The notes beneath the pieces are model-generated. The model did no database searches and had not been told where the DNA came from. It saw nothing but the letters and a program-made list of their open reading frames with translations. From assembly GCA_038087875.1 (NCBI GenBank), contig CM075982.1, positions 61,132,001 through 61,196,000 on the forward strand: a stretch of DNA of 64,000 bases, in the 5' to 3' direction. Shown piece by piece: positions 48,001-61,489 of the stretch; the first letter of the stretch is position 1, and each line of letters opens with the position of its first letter. The position numbers were made by a program, and so were the translations under genes. Source of the DNA: Malacoraja senta (Eukaryota).

Positions 48001-51000
48001 GGAAATAAAAGGAGTTATAAAATGAGACCTTCCTAAAAACACATTCATTGAAAAATCCTTCTCAAAGTAACTGTGGGAATTGCTATTCTCCCTATTGTCT
48101 GTATTTTATGAATGAAAAATTCAAAAAAATCTCAATTTGACTAATTAAGGTTTTTACAAGCCTTCATCTTGCCTCAACTCATGAAGCTTTGCTCATTGAT
48201 ATCATGAGCACCAGGCAATCTTTTTTCACTTTGGAGCAATTAAAATTAAAATTGCCCAATCTATAGTAGACACTCCTATGGCAAGTGCAACAACTAAACA
48301 AGAAACTCAAGGGAGTGGTTAGTAACATTCCTCAGCCAAGTTTAAATACTACGTGATAAACTGTTAAGCACAAATATCTCGAGATGGAGGATCGACTAGT
48401 TTATGCACACAAACGCCAATATTTCAAAAATACCATATGTTTTGTTTGGTCTTGAAACTAGAAGCCATAAGGACTAACTGACCAAAACCTAAACAAAGCA
48501 GAACTGACTTTTAACAACAGCTGTGCCTTAGCAGATGTGCAACATGCATCTCCAGCTTCCTCGTATTCCACATTTCAAGGAAAGGGCGATGCATTCTCAA
48601 ATCAATTCTGCTGTAATGCTTTGTAACAATAAACTGGAAGTGCTGCGATATGCTGGAAATGCATAAACACAGCATATTCTTCCTGCTGACTGTGCTAACA
48701 CTTGAGGTCACAAACCGCCCCCCCCCCCCCCCAAAACTTTACAATCACAAATCACTGGCTTAAACAATGTTCAAAAGATGGCAGGCTGTGGATTAAAGCC
48801 AAAAACAGCACCAGAGCCTCAAAGTTTAACATACATTTATAGAAATAGAAATGTTAGTAAAAATTGATACATTGTTTTGGAACGAATGTCACAGCACTAA
48901 TCTAATACTGGTTTTGCTCATCTTCACATTACATAAGAGTACAAACAGAACCAAGTTCATGAGTTAGTTTTTAAACTGGAGAAAATATGATTGTTGGTAC
49001 CTTCCTTCAGATAAAACATGAAACCAAGGCCATATTTGCACTCTCAGGTGAATGCAAAATATCCCTTGCCACCATTTTTTAAGAGGCCCAACCCAGCCAA
49101 TACTTGACCAATGGCACTAACATAGACATACAGGTATGTGTGGGGTTTTGGAGGTACCCCTACATCAGCATAAGTGTATCCTGATTGCCTCAAATCACTT
49201 CGGGACTGCTAGGTTGCAACATGTACTATACAAATCCAATTTGTCTTTTCTTTCCTGATGTGTAGACTTGCAAACGAGACTGTCATCCAGAACCAAGTTG
49301 TAAAAAGTCAAAAGTCAGACGACTGCTGATTAAGCATCTGCTTGTCGCGTACCAGATTTGCACAACACTTCAATTACTTGGTCTGCAGGTGAGATGACAA
49401 AGAAATAAATGTATCACTTCATACATCTCAAGTGCACTTCCTTGCAAGTTAAGGGTGGTCCCAATGCAGGTAATTAGGGTAGGCTACAAACAGCTGACTA
49501 GATTCACTGAACACAAAGTACATGTGAATAGCTTTTGACTTTCGATAACAGACTTTACCTTTAGACGGCCTCTACCTTTAGACGGCCACCTATACTCACA
49601 AATAGATTTAAGTATGCATCAATGACATTCTCTAAATAAACACCTTTTAATTTAGAAACTGGACTATTTGCACGTGATTTGCTGTACCTTCCTCTGATAC
49701 ATGCTTGCAATCAATATTTGCAACCTTGATATACATAAGAACCATAACACTAGCTACAGAAGACAACAGAACACTATTCCAAAAATCTATAGTTAAATAA
49801 AGAAACAGAAACTTAGCAACGTTTTTGATTTTTATCGTTTCTTCCCACTCAGGTGTTACAACATCTTTTCTTGTCTGCTTTTTTCATCCAGAAAGCTTTT
49901 CAGCAAATAAGAGCTTCCATAAGCACTGGAGAAACCATCTCTCCTGGCCCTTTTAGCTATTCTCTAAACAGTTGGATTGTTTCTCTGACATTGTAGTAAA
50001 ATATTGAAAAACCAATGCCCACAGCAAACTCTTTTAGGACACTAATCCATTCCCCTTGCCTGCAACTGTGCACTGCCCAATTCAATTCTGCAAACTTGAT
50101 GTCATTTTTAACCCGAGATAAGCTCTGAAGCACACGTCCATGCCATGATCATCCGTTACTTGCATCTTTGTCAAACTGCTCAGCCACTTTCTGCCTCTGT
50201 TCTGCTCATGATAGGCTCACCTTTGCCCTTGTTACCCCTGCAACCCTCCTAACCAGCCCTCTTCATTCCACCTCATGGAACTGAAATAAAAATAATCTGC
50301 TTCCTGTATACTAACCCATACCCAATCGTGTTCATTCTGAGCAGTGACCTGTACCAAGTCCTGATTAAAATTTTCAGAATAGATTCCTAACCGCTCCACG
50401 ATATTATACTTCCCTCTGCCTTAATCTCAACATTCCTATAATTCCAGCCTCTTGATAATGCCCAAAGTAAACTGCTCCAATATTATCAGCCATGCCTTGA
50501 GCTGACAAAACCATGAACTTTAATTCCTTCCTTAAGCATTTGCATTTTTTGAAACTTGCTTCTCCAGCCATTTTGTCATGAACCGCACCATATGGCTCAG
50601 TATCAAGTTTGATTTGAAAACATGCCTGGGAGGTAACTTAGGATGTGTTGTGCACCAAAAGCTGAATCTGCCACCACCTGTAATAGATAACATGCACATC
50701 AATCTAATATGGTGCTCAAGGATATAAGCCAGGTGTGATACGTCCAGTTATGAATACATGCGAATAGATGGTAATGGAGCACCTCTACTGATTTCAAATT
50801 TCCCCTAGTTTTGAGAAAGGTTAACAAAGATGCAACAGAGATAGTTCAAAAATCTCACAGTGTGCAGATGCTAATTAAAAAAATCAATAAAATGGAAGAT
50901 AGGCAGTGAAGTACCACTTTAAAAAAAATCAGAAAGAGCTGCAGGCAAAATGAAAATGGATGCTAGAATGAAGGAAAAATAAAAATACAGTTTGGCTCTG

Positions 51001-54000
51001 TTATTCCAGATACGTGCAACATTTAAAAAATAAATAATTGTTACACCAACAAAAAATAAATGGTGAAATACATCACCAGAAGCGGTCATGAGAAGACATG
51101 GTGTTTGTGCTTCAAATGATCGCTTCAAATGTTCTAAACTTTGAACTGTATCTTCATTTAATATTCTACAAAGTTAAACTTAGTTCCCATACACCTCAAT
51201 CATCCCAATGGAGAAGCAGTCACCCACCATTTCAATTTGCACATTAAATTCAAGATACAAACCCAGCCTTCCTTTTCATCAACTTGCCCAATTTTCTCAG
51301 CTCTCACAGAACCTTCACAAAGGGCAATGGGAAATTGTCAATAAGGCTAATCGCCCTCTGGCTGCTTGGCATAGCACAGGCAAAACCCCTGTGTTGCAGG
51401 GGATGGGAGGAGGCCACATTTTAGAAAAACGTCCATATCGTGATGAACTGTAACATGAGACCAGATCATCTGTGCATGCAGGAAGAAGTCGGAGTTGAAT
51501 GCAAAATAAATTGTGTTGATTTGTTTACTTTCTCCCAACCACAAATTCTGAGAGAATTAATTATGTTCCACACCACACATTTTTGGGCAGTGATTTCTGA
51601 ATTCTGCAAGAGCAAATTTCCATAGCCCAGAAGACTCTAAAACTCGATGGTCACCTGTATTTGATGGTTAGAATTGTCAGACGGCTATCCAATTATAGGG
51701 AGTATCAGCTAAATTCAAACCCAAATTCCACCGACACCAATTTCAGATCAGGAGTAAAACCGGGCCAATTTCCTTCCCCTATTGTTCTTATCCAACAGTT
51801 TATGTTTGCCAAGTTGAAATTAGTGTGTTTTTGCTGCAGAAGTGTTTTTGCTGCTCACAAAACTGAAATCAAACCTAGAGATTCTCTGGGTGTGAACTGA
51901 CCATACCACAAGCTGCATCATATGCACCCACATAGTTTCCTCCCTATCCATTATTAGAACCATGTACTCATTGGAGCTTTAAATTAACATTGCTCAGCTT
52001 CATCTTCAATCTGCTGATAGACATCGTCTTAGTGTGTACATGCACAACGCCTGTCCAAGATACTTTTAAACCTGGTTCAAAAAGAAGGAAATCCATACTC
52101 CATACAGATTCAAGCTTCATGCCATGCGATACTTCTTCCCCATGCCCCAAATTATTAGAAATTCAATGTCCCTGTACATAAATGGTCATATCAAAATGAT
52201 TTTACACAGAATTGGGCAAGATTATAACTACAAAATGTAACTGAGTTCTACACAGAATTTAATGTCTTCTTTACACTGATGCCAAATAAAAATAAATATT
52301 TATGGCTTTATGTTCTTTGTTCGAAAAAAACCATGCAAAAAGTGTAATAAATACTATTATAACTATATCTGCATCAATAATCAGTAGCACTCTTGTTATA
52401 CCAAGTAATAAATCCCCGGGACTACTAACTGTTTAATCCCAACTCGGTATCAAGAAGATCAAGATATTAAATGGAACAGTAAAGCTCATGAACACAATAC
52501 ATTATACTGGATCATATTCCACTTAAACTCACAAGGACAACTGAACAGCAAATATACTCCATGCCCAAGCAGTAAGCACCTAAAATGGCTCCTAGACGGG
52601 TGGGATGGAAAGAAATCATACTGTCTAGTTAATAGTTTAACCACATTCTATTTGCATTACATCAGATCCAGCTGTTATATTCCAACCAACACATTATAAA
52701 TGTAAGGTCAGCCTTCCAAATTGATAAGAGCCTGATCAGGAGAAACACAGCAGGTTTCAATTGCCCATGAATCAGTAAACTTTATATTTGAATCATGTCT
52801 TCTATGTAACCAATATACTACAGCATTTCAATGCTAATACAGCATTCACACAATCCTCTGAGATGGAAGCTAGCAGAACTCACCAAGTAGCTGGTTTAGA
52901 TACTGTCTGATAGCTTATTATGAGATTCGACAAACCAGCTATCCCCTTAATGACAAACTCTTCACTAATTCATTTTCTTCCCGTCAGCTTTTGAGAGGAT
53001 GGAAGGGGCTTCTAAGCATTTTTGCTTCCCAAGTGCCAAGCTTAAAGTGCAATTACACCTTTAAGTGGCAAAGAGAAAAAAAAATGTATTCAACCATGCC
53101 ATGTTTCAGATTTGCAAAAGTGGAAGTAGCTACTCAAGGTAGAAAAAACTGCTTTTAATATTTAGGTTATAACTTCAACCAATTTTACTTACTCATTTAC
53201 TGGATTAAATCTCCATCTGTGATTCTGCTGACTTTCAGTTTGGTGTGTACAATAAAGACATTTCAATGTTGGTGTGAATTGCAATGAACAAAACACAGAA
53301 GATGAAATCGAACTTTGAAGATTACTATTCAGTATAATAATTAAGATTCAACAAAATTAACTTTTAAATTAAAATGTCTGCATTTTAAAAATTATTTGTT
53401 ACTTTTAAAAATACCACAGATTCGATGTCACTGAATTTCCTTCTATTTCACATCACCAAATCTCCCAACCACAGACCCCTCATCAAAAATTCATGAAGAA
53501 ATTAGAAACAAGGAAATCTTGCATTCAATTCACAATGTGTCATCCTTAACTAATTTCTCAGCTGCTATGCCAATACATTCAAAATTGTATCCCTGGATGA
53601 ATATGGAAGGAATCAGTCAAAATGACAACTACAGGTTACAATCTAGATATTTGTTTTGGCACTTTATATGGGTGGTGGACAGGAAATGGTCAGGACTGAC
53701 TGAATGAGCAAATAGTATGACAAAAAGAATGATTATTAAAGAGATTTTACTGTGAATGGTGTTTACAGAATCTTACCCAAATTGAGTATGGACTAAATAT
53801 TTTCAGGATGGGGATAGAGAAAGAAGTCCAAGAGAATTTGATAAACAAAAAATAATAATTCGTTGCGACTTACCGGTACTTAAAACTGTAAAAATAAGAA
53901 CATCAAAGTTTGAAGACTTTCAAAATCCCTCAGGAATATTTTGATGTATTTTCATAAAGCTAATAGCGAATCCAAATAATACTTTAAATTTCAAGGAAAC

Positions 54001-57000
54001 ATGCCCAAGTAAAACAGTATTACCAAAGCCATCACTGCCTCCAAAGTATCACTTTAACTTAAGCTTATAACCTACAAGAAAAAGAATAATGGATGTTGCA
54101 TTCTTTTTAAGTTCTTCCCAGATTCAAATTAAAGGCTATAAGAGAATGCAACCCAGTATAGCAAAAAAAAGCATTATAGTAGAAAATATCTGATGAAAAG
54201 ATCAAAAGGACAGGCAACAGAAGAGGAAGTAGGTATCAAGGAATCAAGGGAAGTATCACTGGTTTATTTATGACATAAACAGATCTGAGATGCTGCAAAA
54301 TAGGTATTTAAATATTGTAGCAATTGCTAGTTCAGTGGCAATTAATGCTGATTTGTTTTAAGAATATTTCCTGACAGCACTGTACTTGTTGCCACTGTGG
54401 TTACATCTGCATTTCACTGTTTATATCTCAACAACTGAAATAAAGTGCTGGCACACAGAAAAAACACACAAAAATATTTGTAGTAGTATCGTGTGCAAAA
54501 TCCTTCCTCATACTCTTACAATAACTGCCATATCGAAAAAGACAACTTAAAGATTACTATAAATGTAATCACAAATGTTTATTAGCAGGCCCCATTCTAT
54601 TAACATCTAAATGCCAGCTCTTGAAAGCCTCAAATGAAGCTTCCTCGAGCTGATAAGTGATCAAGAGGATTGCATTGTAAGCACATCCACACACTACAGT
54701 GGAATTCATAAAGGGTTAGGTATTTCTCTGAGTAGTTTAGTTAAATAATGCCTATTCTCATTCTGACTGCATAATAACAGTCCCGATTAGATGAATGTCA
54801 TTTATAAAAAGGTTCACCGAAAGAATGACTGATGCAAACTTCAACTTCTGAATATGCAATACAAAAATGTTTTTCAAATCAGTTCAAACCCAGCGGAAAT
54901 TAAAACTGGGTGGATAAATAAGAATGCTGAACTACATTCCCTATTGCTATTCTTAAAACTGTAATTAAAAATATTTGTAAATAGCTTTAAGTCTGAGACC
55001 TTTGATGTGGATGCCAATTTAAGCATGTTTAATGACACCTTGGCTGAGATCATTTAATTCAGAAAAGACACAACATTTAGTTGAAAGGCAGTCGAATACT
55101 CTGAAAAACCCAAATGGGATTGGATTTTTTTTTCCTGGTTTTGTATTGCTCAACTATATAATAATTTTAGAAATGTATCTATTGGAAACAATGTCTACAA
55201 CTACTTCTGCTTTTTGGCATACAATTTTGAATGTCACAATTCTTAAAATGTTAATGTTGAATTGGGGAAAAAAAAACTTATCATTTTGCCTCACAGTAAT
55301 TCACTCATATTTGCATTTACATAGAAAATCCACAAGACGCGTTTTACTACACATTTAGAAAAGAGGAACACTTTTCGAATTGTTGGATTTTGGCTGCAAA
55401 GACTATCTTAATATGTTATTTTAAGTCACAACATTGAGCATTTATGATCCACTTCTACAGGAGAAATTTCAAAATGATAATTTAAGCCATTTGCTTAATG
55501 GGCCCTTTCTTGTCCAACCTGTATGCAATTTGCATAACAGTCATTCCATCAAATAAAGTACATGGGTGGGGTTACTTCATGTACAAGATAAAAAAGTCTT
55601 ATTGTATTATTTACACATTTACAGGCTAAAGTCACAGCAGTTACCCAGAAATAATTATGAGCCATCAAACCTTCCAAGTTTGACAGCAAAGACCACTGGA
55701 CATTTATCAGCTACAGTTTCAATCTGTTGGCAGCAAAAACACCAAATGGGACAATTCAAAATTAAAAATAAGATTGACTGGAACTGTGCAAGGTGAACTA
55801 GTACAAAGCAAGACAAAAACATGTATAGCAATCAACCTCCTAAGTTCCCACAAAAAAAAGATATGCTGCTACAAAACATGACAAACCAAGGCTGTTGAAA
55901 AGACAATGATAGGCTCTAATTTAGGGAACTATTTAAACCCAAAACTTTACAGTACAGGATGTATGTGTAATGCAAACATCAATGCTGTCTAAAACCAGCA
56001 AAGACACATCTACATTTTCAATAAGAGTATGAAGTCACCAAGGTCATAATCCACAAGCCCAACAGGCAGGCTGACATGCCTAATGTGAAGGACAGATGTG
56101 GCTTTTAATTTAACGGCACAACACAGGAGGCTGCTTGTATATCAAAAACAGCCCTGAAAGGAAGGGTGGGAAAGAGCCACTAGACTGGTAACCGCTTCAA
56201 CTTACAAAGCAACCCTCAAAAAATGCCTACTGGACTAAATATTTCAATTTCTTTGTTGTTTTATAAATTAAAATGTGACATCTTGGATTTTTGAAGAGCA
56301 AGGATGCCCAAAAAGTATCCATTTTCAATTACTGGGTTCTGCACTATACTTTCCTTTTTTATATAAAGAAAGTGAACTATCTATCCCCTTACATTGAAGG
56401 GTTGTACTTTTAACAGGCAAAGTATGCTAATTCCACACATTCTACACTCTATTTCAAGCCTCACCTATGATTCTTTTTTAAAGGTCTTGTGTATCAAAGA
56501 ATTTGTTAGAAGACATTGCAACACTAGTTTATTAACAAAATCTAGATTAAATCTGTGCAAAACTATAGCCTTTGCTTACTGGACTGAAGGGGTATTTTAC
56601 GTAATGACTCAGACTATTTTATAAACCTTGACTTTTGGATTGTAAAATACTATTTCTCAGCAGGAAGTCCAAGAAGCTGGGATTTTTTAAATATTTACAC
56701 TGAACATAAAGGAAACTGAAATAAAAACAAAGCAGATGGATATTTGCTATATTTGTTTTCAATAGCTTGCATGGAGATTAGAAGATTCTATACTGCATCC
56801 AAACAAAATGAGGACTTGTCACATCATGCACAGCTTTGAACAAGGCAAAACAAAAACAAGTGGCAACTGAATTTTATTCTGAACTGCCAAAAGCAGCTGA
56901 CATTTCAACTCTCCACTATCATATGAGGTCCAGGTTAACCTTTTTTTAAACAGGGCTTCTGCAACAATAGTGTTGTTGCCATAATTATTCTGCCCATGAA

Positions 57001-57641
57001 GATATTCATTACATCAGGATAAACAAATGTAGCACTTCCTTGATCAATGAATCATACTGGAAAAAGTATGTGACTATCAGGGATTAGGGGAGGGTGAGAT
57101 GCAACACCCACTGACAGTGAAGAAAATGTGGTCGAGAACCAAAAATGTACCAAAACAAACGTAATCCTATTGATTTTGTATATGGCAGCACTGCTTTAAA
57201 ATTAGACTGAGAAAATAAGGGGTCAAGAACTTCCTTCATGTATGCTGAATGGGGATATTCAGAAATTCATGTTATTTTAAAAAGGAAATGGGGGAAAAAA
57301 AACGTCACCATGTTAGGGACAAAAGGTTTACCAATTTTATGTTACATATGACTAAACCCACAAGATAAAGACTGATCTTTTCACTTCCTGGTGCTTTTTC
57401 TGGCTATGTAATCCTGATACTTTAAATAAACTACGCAGCTGGTTGCATCCAAATACATTTATTTCATTCTGATATGTTCCAATATTAGTTTGTGGATTCC
57501 TTTGATTAGTTTCTAATTAGATTTTAAATTGACATGGCTCTCTTAAAGAACTCAATGCCACAAAGGATGCAAATTAAAAGCTGAAGTTCATGCATTGCAA
57601 AACTTGTGTGCAAGCATTAAGCAGCCAAGCTTATCTTAAGA

Positions 57642-57859
57642 CAGGGGTTCCCAATCTTTTTCATCCTGTTTACACCTGGTAACTTTAATAGCACATTACA
57701 ATGTTATTTCACTTAATTATGAACAACTAATGATGAACAGATATCGGTATACCAGAACCAAACACAGTCAATCAATGAGAAAAAAATATGTACAAATCCA
57801 GAATCAACAAATTTACCCCCTGGGTAGGCGAAATTATTACCCCAGGTTAGTAACCTTTG
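57642..57859. mobile_element. Possible hAT-type MITE
   Basis: Left end CAGGGGTTCCCAA and right end GGTTAGTAACCTTTG form an imperfect TIR; the candidate 8-bp TSD matches at only 5 of 8 positions. Confidence 0.4.
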
Positions 57860-59921
57860 TCATAAAGAGAACCAAAAAATAAGTGAATTTCTTCACTGGA
57901 ATAGCCTTTCATTTGTTTTCTAACTTTAAAAATTAATACTATTCTAGTTTTAACTCAGAACAAATATACAATAAATATTATTTTAATTTGCCAAATTTGA
58001 AGTTTTATTAAATAGCTCTGATAGGTTTTTCAATTATTATTTTATCTATACTGGATGTGTGTCATCAGCAAACAAATACAGTACTGAAATTTAAAACCAC
58101 TGTTCCTAAAACAAACACTTCAATTAAACACACAGGGTAAGCCAATTTCTAAAAGTACACAAAAATCAACCTTGAGACTTTTTTTCTAAAAAAACATTCA
58201 GACCCTGAAAGAGATCCATCTAGTGCCCAATGACATTTGTTAAAAAGACTGAAAGTTCCAATCAAGGTTATGGAGACTAAGGCAAGAAAAACAAAATTAC
58301 AACTTCTATGGAATTTTCCATTTCCTCAGTTCAGGTGTCCTTTATCCCAGATATGTGAACAATTAATTGCTCAGCAACCCTGATTCTGATCAATAAGTAA
58401 TTAATTATTTCTCCAATCTACAATGCAGTCCCTTGGTTTTGAATGTAAATATCTCTGGAGAAAGGGGGGGTGGGGGAATAAAGATTCAGTCCATTCTCTA
58501 CAATTTCTGCTACTTTGTACCATTAGTTATTGGAAAGAAAACATGGCCATAACAATTCACTGTACAAAAGTGTTATTTTATTTAACATATCATAAAAAGT
58601 TAGTTCTTTTTTTTTTAACTGCTGAAAATGAAACGCTCCCCAAAGTTATTCCCAGAGGCCCAAGATTCAAAGGCAGTTTGTTCTTTTTTAAAACGGAACC
58701 AAGAATGCAACAAAAGCAATATGGAGATGCTTTTTTTCTGCAATACGCTATGCAACTATTTTGCAAGAGTTACATTAATTAGTTCTACTCTGGATAAAAG
58801 TACTACAAATACTTCTATACATTTTAGTCATTACGTTAAAAGATTACAGTACAATTCAAAAGCGACTTTCAGCACACATGTCTAAACATGGCGTGAAGGC
58901 ATTCAAGCTATTGTCATGTCATTGTGTTTGCTACCTTTTCTCCTAACACAACCCCCAACCATACCGTCATGGTATTAGTCAGCAAGTCACTGCCTGCTCC
59001 CAGCAGATAAAGTCTGAAAAACCTTCCATTTTCAACCGATTTCTTAGATACTATTCAACAGATACTTTTTTTTTTTTTTTAAAGCGCCACTTAAAAGTTG
59101 CTTTAATGATCTTCACCAGAGGTAGGCGACCAACAGTCAACATAATCCTGGACCATGTGATCCGATACTTGCTGATTAGAATAAAACACGAGCGTTAAGA
59201 CCTACACTTCTCACATCAATTGTTTCAAAAAATAAGATGAGGCGTTATTCTGATCGACTTTTGGGGAAAAAAACACGAAAATTAAACAAAAAAAACCCAA
59301 TTACCCAATGCATAAAACAGATCAGCTAACAGTAATGGTCACCATATGATTATGAAAACAATTAATAATGGGACAACCGTTGAGGTTCCCCCCACCCCCT
59401 CCCCCTCTCCATAAAAAAAAAATATTAAAAGTTGCCCAATTCCATCTGTTCTATTGATCGCTGTACAATCTGTATCGTTCAGAAAACATCGCCACTGAGG
59501 ACACAAACGGAATCCAAACGAAACAAAAAGAAACTGACAGCGATCAATGAACTTTCATAATGACTAACAAGGCTTCCTCAGACCTTCAAGTAGCAGTTCA
59601 TTAATACAACTCTCCTCGTTTTAAAACTTGCATTAACGCAGCTTGGTCGAGAAATACGACTGGGAGCCCGCAATTCCTATTATCAAAAGTTATATGTATA
59701 TAAAATAGAGAAGGTAGGGGGAAAAAAATCCTAGATTTTTCTTTTTGCGAAAGCAAGTTGAGAGGCTCCCTTGACTTTTGGCTGTTTGGAGTTCTTGTTG
59801 ATGTATTTCTATACAGTGGCTGAATGAAGTCGTTTTATTATAAGAGGATCTTTCGAATTAAAGCTACTTACAAGAGGAATAACCCCCACCTTGTAGCATG
59901 TAAAGGCAAATTAAAATACAC

Positions 59922-59931
59922 TATATATATA

Positions 59932-59978
<47 letters not shown>
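59922..59978. repeat. (TA)n microsatellite
   Basis: Direct reading. Confidence 0.97.
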
Positions 59979-59979
<1 letters not shown>

Positions 59980-60029
59980 TCGACAAAGGAACAAAATAAA
60001 ATAACATACACACCGCTCCCTGCATTGAC

Positions 60030-60370
60030 TGACCTGCTTCTCCTGTGATGTTTGGACTCATTCCCTGAAGCCCTTTATTCCAAGCTATCTCATTATTTAT
60101 TTACTCCGCTTCCCTCCCCTCCTACCTTGCGCTGCCAGTGCTGCAGTTACTCGCTGCTCCCTGCGCCGTGTAATATTCTGCCTTTACCACTCCAGCTCTG
60201 CTCGCACCGCCTCCCTCCCTCCCTCCCTCCCTCCCTCCCTCCCTCCCTCACTCACTCAACGCCTGGGTTCACGTGTCTCCCCCCCTGCTGCGCGTTCACG
60301 CCGGCCCGGGAGCGCGCTCGCTCACCCATCCAGCGCGCCGCCGACAACCCATCCTGCGTGCACGCGCGTC
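60030..60370 (-). promoter_or_regulatory. Probable ZNF217 promoter and non-coding first exon (small CpG-rich island)
   Basis: The clearest CpG-dense non-TE patch in the window, upstream of the first coding exon. Contains E-box CACGTG (60270-60275), palindrome GCGTGCACGC (60356-60365) and a (GAGG)n tract. Two good minus-strand donors: CAAG|gtagga (60126/60125) and GCAG|gtcagt (60034/60033). Function is inferred. Confidence 0.6.
60208..60248. repeat. (CCCT)n microsatellite in the putative promoter/5' UTR
   Basis: Direct reading. Confidence 0.95.
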
Positions 60371-61159
60371 CTTCTATCTATCTGTATCTGTAAATGTATG
60401 TGTATGTGTACATACATATACATACATATACATACATAAACATGTGTCTCGCAGTCCTTTACTGTACACTGTCCCAGTTTTATGAAGAGTGGGGAAAAGG
60501 GTGAGCAAGGAAAACAAATAACTTGATGATGCAGGAAATGAGCTGTATCAGAGATTAAATCTTTTTTTTTTAATTTTCATTTTGCCTTCCTCTTCACTGG
60601 GATTTGTTTTGAGACTTTGGACTCTACAATCACGTGAACAACGAAATGACAAAGCCCTGTGTCACTGATCTACTGTGCATTTTTTTTTGCCATGGATTAT
60701 TTTGGAATCTTGACTTTTATGTTCAAACTTTTTAATACAATTTTATTGGCTCTTCTACACAGATTTGGGATACTTCTATATACTTTTATATTCACAAATC
60801 TGTGGGGGGTTTTATGGATGTGATTTTTTTTAACATTTGGTTTCTCAAAAAAAAAACCTGCACAGCTGCAAAGGGTTTACTATGAAAATCTATCAGCCAT
60901 TCCAGTACAGGTGATTTCTAGCAGAAATTTGGAAGTTATTTCCAAAGGAACTGAAAGACATACTAAAATGGGTTTGTTGATGCTTGGGAAACCTAATGCA
61001 GACTGGTGATATTGTCAGAATATCTTCAGTCATATCTTCAAAATTGTGACCCCCCCCCCTCCCCCAGTTGCCAATAGCTTTTCATTTTATTTCTCCATTC
61101 CAATCAAACTGACCCCTCTGTCTTGAGCCTCCATATGTAGTAAAGAGTCAAGAATGTTT

Positions 61160-61489
61160 GGTGACAAAAATGCTGGAGAAACTCAGCGGGTGAGGCAGCA
61201 TCTATGGAGCGAAGGAAATAGGCAACGTGTTTAAGAAGGAACTGCAGATGCTGGAAAATCGAAGGTAGACAAAAATGCTGGAGAAACTCAGTGGGTGAGG
61301 CAGCATCTATGGAGCGAAGGAAATAGGCAACGTTTCGGGTCGAAACTCTTCTTCAGTCTGAAGAAGGGTTTCGACCCGAAACGTTGCCTATTTCCTTCGC
61401 TCCATAGATGCTGCCTCACCTGCTGAGTTTCTCCAGCATTTTTGTCTACCTTTGATTTTCCAGCATCTGCAGTTCCTTCTTAAACATTT
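61160..61489. mobile_element. Complete double-hammerhead palindrome (61228-61486) preceded by a partial tandem copy
   Basis: 259-bp near-perfect palindrome centred on T61357 (CTTCAG-T-CTGAAG), with an extra arm fragment at 61163-61227. Perfect 14-bp TSD AGTCAAGAATGTTT (61146-61159 and 61490-61503). Confidence 0.85.
61358..61385 (+). ncRNA. Minimal hammerhead ribozyme core with UUCG-capped stem II
   Basis: CTGAAGA-A-GGGT(TTCG)ACCC-GAAA-CGTT; a mirror core lies on the minus strand at 61356-61329 with one stem II mismatch. Confidence 0.55.

Noticed and set aside
49556-49587. Direct repeat TACCTTTAGACGGCC x2
   Set aside because: An isolated 17-bp-period micro-duplication with no further structure.
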